Assembly (NCBI GenBank): GCA_964577825.1
Contig: CAZOBJ010000006.1
Span: 1 to 60,810 of the forward strand
Reading direction: 5' to 3'
DNA length: 60,810 bases
Source of the DNA: an uncultured Planctomycetales bacterium
GTDB lineage: Bacteria; Planctomycetota; SZUA-567; JAFGNG01
Made by a program: the position numbers and the translations under genes. Under the pieces are notes generated by a model. It did no database searches and was not told where the DNA came from. It worked only from the letters and a program-made list of their open reading frames with translations. Numbering within the stretch: position 1 is the stretch's first letter; every line of letters starts with the position of its first letter. This document shows positions 8,760-15,692 of the stretch, one piece after another.

Positions 8760-10352
8760 GTGAGCGAATCTTCCCAGGTCGCCGGCGGCGCATACCGCTA
8801 CCCGCCCGACCAGGACAAGATCGAGCGCATCCTCGCCCTTCGGGCCCGGCTCGGGGACCGGTTCCCTCGGTACGCCGTGTTCGTGGTCGCGTACAACGCG
8901 CAGAGCACCATCGCCTCGGTGCTCGCGCGCATTCCCCCGCCGATTCTGGACCTGCTCGAAGAGGTGTACGTGTTCGACGACTTCTCCACGGACCGCACCG
9001 CCGCGGTGGCCGAGCGGGTCAAGGCCCGCGCCGGGATCCCGAAGCTCAACATCTACCGCAACCGGCGCAACTACGGGTACGGCGGCAACCAGAAGATCGG
9101 GTACGACTACGCCCTGCGCCGGGGGTACGATTTCGTGATCCTGCTCCACGGCGACGGCCAGTATCCGCCCGAGTACCTCCCGGACCTGATGCTGCCCACC
9201 CTCGAACAGGGGGCCAAGGTGGTCTTCGGCTCCCGGATGCTGGAGAAGGGCGCCAGCCTGCGCGGCGGCATGCCCCTGTACAAGTACGTGGGCAACCGGG
9301 TGCTGACCGTATTCGAGAACTTCGTGCTCCACACCCGCTATTCGGAGTACCACTCCGGGTACCGCTGCTACGCCACCGAGGTGCTCAGGCAGATCGCGTA
9401 CAACCTGAACACCGATGACTTCCACTTCGACACGCAGATCATCACCCAGTGCCGGGCCCTGGGCGTGCCCATCCACGAGGTGCCCGTGCCCACGTTCTAC
9501 GGCAACGAAATCTGCCACGTGAACGGCATGCTGTACGCCCTCAACGTGGTGCTGTCCGTGCTCGACTATCGCCTCCACCAACTCGGGCTCACCCGCAAGG
9601 CCCGGTACGAGATCAAGCGCCTGCCCCGGTACGAGATCAAGCGCCATCCCACGAGCAGCCAGAGCCGCCTCCTCGCCCGCGTGCGCGCGGGCGCGCGGAT
9701 CCTGTACGTGCGCGGGCACGACGAGGCCATTGCCCGCGGCCTGCGGGACAAGGGGTGCACGGTCATCGGCGTGGGCCAGGCCGAGGCGCCCGACGACCCG
9801 GACGCGTTCGACGCGTACCACCCCCGCGACCTGGAGCGCCCCCTGGACCTGCCCGAGCCGCGGCGGTTCGACTACGTGCTCCTGCCCGACGTGATCGAGC
9901 ACGTGCGCAACGCACAGCGTCTGCTCGCAGAGGTGCGCCGGTACCTGGGCCCGGACGGGCGGCTCCTGGCCAGCACCGGGAACATCGCCCTGTGGCTCAT
10001 GCGCCTCTCGCTTCTCTGCGGCCGGTTCGAGTACGGCGAGCGCGGACTGCTCGACCGCACGCACGTGCATCTGTACACCGTGGTGACGTTCCGGGAGCTC
10101 TTGGCCGACGCGGGGTACCGGGTGGTGGACGAGGCGTTCACGCCCGTTCCGTTTGAGCTCGTGTTCCGGTCCACGGGCCGCAGCCGCCTGGTGAGCGCCT
10201 GCACCTACGCCTACCAGGCTTTCGCGCGCGTGTGGCCCAGGCTCTTTGCGTACCAGACCCTGGTCACGGCCGCCGACGCCCTGCTCGCGCCCGAGGCGGG
10301 CGGACCGCCCGACGCGGGCCCCAACCCCGAGCCTTCGCGCGCCGCGCCCTGA
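8760..10352 (+). CDS. GT2 (DPM1/ArnC-like polyprenol-phosphate glycosyltransferase) fused to a C-terminal methyltransferase-like domain, 530 aa
   Basis: GTG start after GGAGGAG. N-terminal VVAYNA, VFDDFSTD, HGDGQY and VFGSRM. C-terminal FDYVLLPDVIEHV and GLLDRTHVHLYT of class I methyltransferase type. Confidence 0.85.
   Translation: MSESSQVAGGAYRYPPDQDKIERILALRARLGDRFPRYAVFVVAYNAQSTIASVLARIPPPILDLLEEVYVFDDFSTDRTAAVAERVKARAGIPKLNIYRNRRNYGYGGNQKIGYDYALRRGYDFVILLHGDGQYPPEYLPDLMLPTLEQGAKVVFGSRMLEKGASLRGGMPLYKYVGNRVLTVFENFVLHTRYSEYHSGYRCYATEVLRQIAYNLNTDDFHFDTQIITQCRALGVPIHEVPVPTFYGNEICHVNGMLYALNVVLSVLDYRLHQLGLTRKARYEIKRLPRYEIKRHPTSSQSRLLARVRAGARILYVRGHDEAIARGLRDKGCTVIGVGQAEAPDDPDAFDAYHPRDLERPLDLPEPRRFDYVLLPDVIEHVRNAQRLLAEVRRYLGPDGRLLASTGNIALWLMRLSLLCGRFEYGERGLLDRTHVHLYTVVTFRELLADAGYRVVDEAFTPVPFELVFRSTGRSRLVSACTYAYQAFARVWPRLFAYQTLVTAADALLAPEAGGPPDAGPNPEPSRAAP
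9601..9645 (+). repeat. in-frame 24-nt tandem duplication (RYEIKRLP-RYEIKRHP)
   Basis: CCCGGTACGAGATCAAGCGCC is identical at 9601-9621 and 9625-9645. Confidence 0.9.
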
Positions 10353-10388
10353 CCGCACCGGGCTACATGGAGCGACCCGGCGCTTCGC

Positions 10389-11723
10389 TCAACTTTCTTC
10401 GGACGTTTTCGAGGTGGCGGCGGATTCGTCCCGCGCCGACCGCGGCGCCCGCGCGAACAGCGCGCCTGCGTACAGCACGGCCACGGGCTCCACGAACGGG
10501 ATCCGGTACCGAAGCTCCGAGAAGACCATCGCGTGCATGAGCCCCGCACCCAGCACCATGAGGAAGAGCCCGGCGAAAAGGGCCCCGTCGCGCCGGGCCC
10601 ATCGCAGCGCGCCCCCCAGGGCCGCGGCGAACAGGATCGAGCCCCAGATCCAGCTCACGGCCACCTTCCACCGCGAGGAGTGGATCCGCCCCGCGGGCAA
10701 GAGCCGCATCCCCGGCTGGAAGAAGTGCGCGAACTTGTACGCGCCCAGGCGCAGCGCGTCCCACGGGTGTTCGCGGATGTAGCGCATCCCCTCAGCCTGG
10801 AACTTGAGCGCACGCTCCCAGGGCGGCAGGTGCTTGTACTTCTCGTACAGCTCGGTGCGGTGCCGGTGCGCGGCCTCGTCGGCGCGGTCGTATGCGTGCG
10901 GGTCGTCGGTCTCGTACATCGTCAACAGCCATGGGTTCCACCCCCAGTACACGTTGTACTGGGCCGCCGTGGTGGTGGGAAGGAACACACCCAGGGTCCG
11001 GCGGTTGTACTCCATCCACGGCGTAAGGGTCACGAACGCGGCCGCGAGCATCCCCGCCACGAGCGCGAGCTCGCGCCGACGCCCCCACAGCGCGCGCACC
11101 GTCCACACGAGGGCGAAGGCCATGCCCACCACAAGCAGCGTGGGCCGAGTCATGCCGGCCGCGCCCAGGCAAACGCCCAGCACCGCCGCGCCCATGACGT
11201 GCGGCCGCTGCAGCGACCGGTGCCAAAACCACAGGCTCGCCACGACCAGGAACGTGGACAGGGTCTCGGTCATCAGCCATCCGGTGTGGTAGATGAGGTA
11301 TGGGCTGGCCGCGCCGAACAGGCCCGCGGCCAGGCCCGCGCGCGGACCCCACCGCTGTGCGGCCAGCCACGCCAGCACGCACACCCCCGCCGCGTCCAGC
11401 ACGGCCTGCGCGACCACGGCCCCGCGCCAGCCCAGGCCCACCTTGTAGAGCAGGCACAGGAACGCCGGGTACAGGGGCGCACGGCCCGTGGCCGCGGGCG
11501 CCTCGTGGGCGGGCCGCGGGCCGAACAGGTTGCGCCCGTCCTGGCGCACGAAACCCCGGCCCGTGCAGATGGCGCGAGCCAGGTCGTCGTACTCCCGGGC
11601 ATCCGCGCGCCCGATCTGCGCCATGGGAATGGTGAGCACGTACGGCAGGCGCGCGGCCAGGGACACGGCAAACACCGCGGCCAGGAGCACGCGCCCGGAG
11701 AGTCGTATCCGCCGGATGGCCAT
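10389..11723 (-). CDS. ArnT/PMT-like GT-C membrane glycosyltransferase (GT39/83-like), 444 aa
   Basis: Start trimmed to ATG 11723. DAREYDDLA after TM1, RAPLYPAFL, MTETLS, TRP, many TM helices and a C-terminal LRYRIP, as in ArnT-like enzymes. Confidence 0.8.
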   Translation of the reverse strand: MAIRRIRLSGRVLLAAVFAVSLAARLPYVLTIPMAQIGRADAREYDDLARAICTGRGFVRQDGRNLFGPRPAHEAPAATGRAPLYPAFLCLLYKVGLGWRGAVVAQAVLDAAGVCVLAWLAAQRWGPRAGLAAGLFGAASPYLIYHTGWLMTETLSTFLVVASLWFWHRSLQRPHVMGAAVLGVCLGAAGMTRPTLLVVGMAFALVWTVRALWGRRRELALVAGMLAAAFVTLTPWMEYNRRTLGVFLPTTTAAQYNVYWGWNPWLLTMYETDDPHAYDRADEAAHRHRTELYEKYKHLPPWERALKFQAEGMRYIREHPWDALRLGAYKFAHFFQPGMRLLPAGRIHSSRWKVAVSWIWGSILFAAALGGALRWARRDGALFAGLFLMVLGAGLMHAMVFSELRYRIPFVEPVAVLYAGALFARAPRSARDESAATSKTSEES

Positions 11724-11781
11724 GGACCTGACTCCGCAAGAGGGCCCGGCGGTCCGCCGGGCCCGGGTCGAGGGCCGCCCA

Positions 11782-11810
11782 ACCGTACGTAGGGCCGCGC
11801 CGCGTGTCAA
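11782..11810 (-). promoter_or_regulatory. putative sigma70 promoter for the ArnT-like gene
   Basis: Minus strand TTGACA-N17-TACGGT. Confidence 0.5.
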
Positions 11811-11826
11811 CCCGGCCCGGTCCGGC

Positions 11827-11855
11827 TTGACTTGCCTCTCCGGGGCGGTCATAAT
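11827..11855 (+). promoter_or_regulatory. putative sigma70 promoter for the RACo operon
   Basis: TTGACT-N17-CATAAT, back-to-back with the divergent promoter. Confidence 0.6.
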
Positions 11856-11920
11856 ACCCGCGTATGCGCTCGCGCCCGTTGCGCGATCCGCCCCGCTCTC
11901 GCGTTCGGAGGGCTTCGCAC

Positions 11921-12124
11921 ATGAGCCCGAAGCAGGATATGCGCGACATCCAGTCCGCCTTGCGCACGATCCGCGACTACCACCGCCGCCAGGCCCCGCA
12001 GGGACGGTGGCGGCTGGATGATCCGGTGTGGAAACTCGCGCTCCAGGGCATGGCGGTCTTCGCCGTCGCCTTTGTGTGCGGCCTCGGCGCGGGCGTGTTG
12101 TACGAGGTTCTGACCGGGGGCTGA
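11921..12124 (+). CDS. small hypothetical protein with one C-terminal TM helix, 67 aa
   Basis: ATG after GGAGG, downstream of a good promoter; hydrophobic C-terminus MAVFAVAFVCGLGAGVLY. Confidence 0.55.
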   Translation: MSPKQDMRDIQSALRTIRDYHRRQAPQGRWRLDDPVWKLALQGMAVFAVAFVCGLGAGVLYEVLTGG

Positions 12125-12157
12125 GGCCCCCGCCCGCGCTGCGAGAAGGCCCGGTCC

Positions 12158-13978
12158 ATGCCCACGGTACGCTTCCTTCCCAGTCAGGCCGCCGGCACGG
12201 TGTCGGCCGGGCTGACGCTGCTCGAGGCCGCCCGCCACCTGGGCGTCGAGATCCCGGCCGCCTGCGGGGGCAAGGGCCTATGCGGCAAGTGCCGGATTCG
12301 CGTGCTCGAAGGCGAGGTCGCGCCCGCCCGCGGGCACGAATGCCCGCTCTCTCCGGCCGAGCTCGCATCGGGTTGGCGACTCGCGTGCCTGGCGCGCGTG
12401 CACGACGACCTGGTGGTCGAGGTCCCGGCCGCGCCCGCGCGCACCGTGATCCTGACCGAGTTCGGCCGCACCGAGGTGCCGCTGGAGACGAACCTGCGCG
12501 CCGCGCGCGTGTCTATGCCCGCGCCGTCCCTGGACGACCAGGCCGCGGATCTGGAGCGCCTGGGCCGCGCGCTCGGGCTGCACGCGGGTCCGAACGCCGC
12601 GGTGCCGGTGCTCCGCGAGCTTCCGCACGTCCTGCGCCGCCACGAATGGGAGGTGCAGGCGGTCCTGCTCGGCGACGAGCTCTTGCATGTGGAGGCCCCG
12701 GACGGCGGGCCCCTCTTGGGCCTGGCCGTGGACCTGGGCACGACCACGGTGGCCGCCGACCTCGTGAACCTGGGAACGGGCGAGGACCTGGCTACGGCGA
12801 GCTGCGCCAATCCCCAGGCCGTGCACGGCGACGACGTCATCAGCCGCATCGAGCACGCCGCCCAGAGCCCGGAGGCGCTCGCCGAGCTCCAGGGCCTGGC
12901 CGCCGAGGCGGTCAACGACGTGGCCGCCCGGGCCGCCGAGGCCGCGGGCGCCGCGCCCGAGCGAATCTTCAAGGTGGTCGTGGCGGGCAATACCACGATG
13001 CAGCACCTGTTCCTGGGCCTCTCGCCCCAAGGCATCGGCCGGACGCCGTTCGTCGCCGTACAGCGCCGGGGCGCGAGCCTGCCCGCCTACGCCCTGGGCC
13101 TGCGCACCGCGCCCCACGCGCGCCTGTACGTCATGCCGTCGATCTCCGGGTACGTGGGCGGAGACGTGGTGGCGGGGCTGCTCGCCCACGAGGTGCACCG
13201 CAGCGCGCACACGATTCTCTACATCGACATCGGCACGAACGGCGAAATCGCCCTGCGCGCGAACGGACAGACCTACGCGTGCAGCACGGCGGCCGGCCCC
13301 GCGTTCGAGGGCGCGCGCATCTCCTGCGGCATGCGCGCGGCGAGCGGCGCCATCCTGCACGTGGCCTCGGACACGGATGACTTGCGCATCGAGACCGTGG
13401 ACCGGGAGCCTGCGCGCGGGATGTGCGGCACGGGCCTGTTGGACGCCGCGGCCACGTTCCTGGACCTGGGGCTCTTGGACGACACCGGCCGCCTGCTTGC
13501 CGACAGCGAGCTGCCCGCGGCCATGCCCGTTGCGGTCCGCGCGCGCATGGACACGGGCGACTCCGGGCCCGGCGTGGTCTTGGCCGCCGCGCCGGGCGGG
13601 CCGCGCGTCGTGCTCACCCAGGCCGACCTGCGCGAGCTGCAGCTGGCCAAGGGCGCGGTGGCGGCCGGGGTGGGGGTGCTTCTCGAACACGCGGGGTGCA
13701 CCGAGGCGGACATCGACACCGTGCTCCTGGCCGGCGCGTTCGGGAGCTACTTGCGCCCGCAGAGCGCGCAGCGGGTCGGCCTCATCCCGCCCGAGGCGAG
13801 GCTCGACCGGGTCGCCTTCGTGGGCAACGCGGCCCTGGCCGGGGCGCGTGCGGCGCTCCTGAACGTCTCGCGCCGCGCCGCGGCCGAGGCGCTCGCCCAG
13901 GAGGTCCGCTACGTCGAGCTCTCCGGGCGGGCGGACTTCCAGGCCCGGTTCATGGAGACCATGCACTTTCCTGCCTGA
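12158..13978 (+). CDS. ASKHA-type ATP-dependent reductive activator of corrinoid enzymes (RACo/RamA-like; 2Fe-2S plus DUF4445), 606 aa
   Basis: N-terminal 2Fe-2S motif CGGKGLCGKC...RLAC. ASKHA motifs VDLGTTTV, IDIGTNGE, AGPAFEG, GMCGTG, LQLAKGA, LAGAFGS and GNAA. Confidence 0.92.
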   Translation: MPTVRFLPSQAAGTVSAGLTLLEAARHLGVEIPAACGGKGLCGKCRIRVLEGEVAPARGHECPLSPAELASGWRLACLARVHDDLVVEVPAAPARTVILTEFGRTEVPLETNLRAARVSMPAPSLDDQAADLERLGRALGLHAGPNAAVPVLRELPHVLRRHEWEVQAVLLGDELLHVEAPDGGPLLGLAVDLGTTTVAADLVNLGTGEDLATASCANPQAVHGDDVISRIEHAAQSPEALAELQGLAAEAVNDVAARAAEAAGAAPERIFKVVVAGNTTMQHLFLGLSPQGIGRTPFVAVQRRGASLPAYALGLRTAPHARLYVMPSISGYVGGDVVAGLLAHEVHRSAHTILYIDIGTNGEIALRANGQTYACSTAAGPAFEGARISCGMRAASGAILHVASDTDDLRIETVDREPARGMCGTGLLDAAATFLDLGLLDDTGRLLADSELPAAMPVAVRARMDTGDSGPGVVLAAAPGGPRVVLTQADLRELQLAKGAVAAGVGVLLEHAGCTEADIDTVLLAGAFGSYLRPQSAQRVGLIPPEARLDRVAFVGNAALAGARAALLNVSRRAAAEALAQEVRYVELSGRADFQARFMETMHFPA

Positions 13979-13996
13979 TCGAAGAGGGAAGAGACC

Positions 13997-14551
13997 ATGC
14001 GCATCATCCGCTTGACACTCGCCGGTTTGCTGGTCCTCGTTTGCGCGGCCTGCGAACCGGAAGGCGACCGGAAGTTCGGCTACCTGCTCGGCGGCCCCAA
14101 GGAGACCGAACCGTATCTGCTCGACACGGTGACCGAGCGACCGGTGCCCCTGCTCCTGGACGAGGAGGCCAGCGACCCGGAGGCCCTGCAGAGCTTCCGC
14201 GCGCTCAAGAAGGGCATCCTGTACGGGAACGCCGACGGCGAGGGCATCTATCTGTTCGGGGAGCGCGACCCGGAGACCGGCCGCCTGGCCCTGCATCACT
14301 GGTATATCGTCACGCCCTTCATCGAGTGGCGGTCCGCGCCCGGGTCCCGTTCGCGCGCTCACTCGCGCACGCAGTTGACCCCGGACGACTTCGCAGTCGA
14401 GCCGTACTGGGACGTGCGCGCCCATCAGAAGACCAAGCAGGAGGAGGACGCCCCCTCCTGGCATCGTCCGGAGAGCTGGGAGGACATGGACATCCGCGGC
14501 GACCGCGACGCCCCGGGCAGCCCCTGGTGGCGCCGGGGAGGACCGTTCTGA
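13997..14551 (+). CDS. hypothetical exported protein, probable lipoprotein, 184 aa
   Basis: RBS GGGAAGAG; basic N-terminus, hydrophobic stretch and AAC (imperfect lipobox); in operon context. Confidence 0.65.
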   Translation: MRIIRLTLAGLLVLVCAACEPEGDRKFGYLLGGPKETEPYLLDTVTERPVPLLLDEEASDPEALQSFRALKKGILYGNADGEGIYLFGERDPETGRLALHHWYIVTPFIEWRSAPGSRSRAHSRTQLTPDDFAVEPYWDVRAHQKTKQEEDAPSWHRPESWEDMDIRGDRDAPGSPWWRRGGPF

Positions 14552-14588
14552 CCGGCCGGACGTCAGCAACAGGAAAGCGGCGCAGACC

Positions 14589-15692
14589 ATGAACGGGGCG
14601 CTGGGACTCGTTTTTTTCGGGCTGTTCGCGGCCGGGCTTCTCGTGTGCGCGATGCTCGTGCCCCTGGCCCGGCGCCTCGCCCTGCGCGTGGGCCTGGTGG
14701 ACCATCCGGGCGCGCGCAAGATCCACGCCCGCCCCATTCCCTACGGCGGCGGCATCGCCATCTTCGTTAGCTTTCTCGTCGTGCTGGTGGGCGCCTACCT
14801 GCTGGCGGTGTTCGGCCAGCGTCTGGCGTGCATGCAGGGGGTGCGCGCGCAGTTCGCGCCCTACCTGGGCGGGCTGGTTCTCGGCGAGACCCTGCGCCGG
14901 GTCGCCGCGCTCCTGGGCGGAGGCGCGCTCGTGTTCGCGCTGGGCCTGGTGGACGACCGCCGCGGCATGGGGAGCGGCCCCAAGCTGGCGGTCCAGTGCC
15001 TGGCCGCGCTCCTGCTGTGGGCCTGTGGGATCCGCATCACCCTGTACCTGGAGAGCACGGTCCTCGGCCTCCTGATCACCGTGCTGTGGGTCGTGGGCAT
15101 CACCAACGCGATGAACCTGCTCGACAATATGGACGGCCTGTCCGCGGGCGTGGGCGCCATCGCCGCGTGCATGCTCTGCGCGGTGGCCCTGCAGACCGGA
15201 CAGATGTTCCTGGCCGCGGTCCTGGTGGTGCTCGTCGGGGTGCTCGCGGGGTTCCTCTTCTACAACTTCGCGCCCGCCAGCGTGTTCATGGGCGACGCGG
15301 GCGCGCTGTTCCTGGGCTACATCCTGGCCGCGCTCGCGGTCGCCGGCGAGTACCGCACCGAGGGCGGCCCGGCGCTGGCGGTGGTCATGCCGCTTGTCGT
15401 GTTCGCCATTCCCATCTTCGACACGGCCACCGTGATGCTCATCCGCTACCGGCGGGGCCGGCCGCTCATGCAGGGAGACCGCAATCACTTCAGCCACCGG
15501 CTGGTGCGCCTGGGCATGACCACGCGCGAAGCGGTGCTCACCATCTACGTGCTCTCCGCGACCGTGGGCCTGTCGGCCGTGCTGCTCGTGCGCCTGGAGG
15601 TCACCGGCGGGGCGCTGGTCCTGTTGCACACCGCCGGGATCCTGGTGGTGGTGGGCCTGCTCGAGCACGCCGCGCGCAGGAGCCGGTCGTGA
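14589..15692 (+). CDS. MraY/WecA/TagO-family polyprenyl-phosphate HexNAc-1-phosphate transferase, 367 aa
   Basis: VDHPGARKIHARPIPYGGG, GLVDD, NAMNLLDNMDGL, FMGDAG and DRNHFSHRL. Confidence 0.92.
   Translation: MNGALGLVFFGLFAAGLLVCAMLVPLARRLALRVGLVDHPGARKIHARPIPYGGGIAIFVSFLVVLVGAYLLAVFGQRLACMQGVRAQFAPYLGGLVLGETLRRVAALLGGGALVFALGLVDDRRGMGSGPKLAVQCLAALLLWACGIRITLYLESTVLGLLITVLWVVGITNAMNLLDNMDGLSAGVGAIAACMLCAVALQTGQMFLAAVLVVLVGVLAGFLFYNFAPASVFMGDAGALFLGYILAALAVAGEYRTEGGPALAVVMPLVVFAIPIFDTATVMLIRYRRGRPLMQGDRNHFSHRLVRLGMTTREAVLTIYVLSATVGLSAVLLVRLEVTGGALVLLHTAGILVVVGLLEHAARRSRS

Noticed and set aside
6816-10358. 1180-aa minus-strand ORF
   Set aside because: Antisense shadow of hppA and the GT2 gene; no motifs. 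Long stop-free frames are expected at this GC content.
14828-15688. N-terminal 287 codons of the 1181-aa ORF
   Set aside because: Off-frame overlap with the WecA-like gene; the real start is the GTG at 15689.
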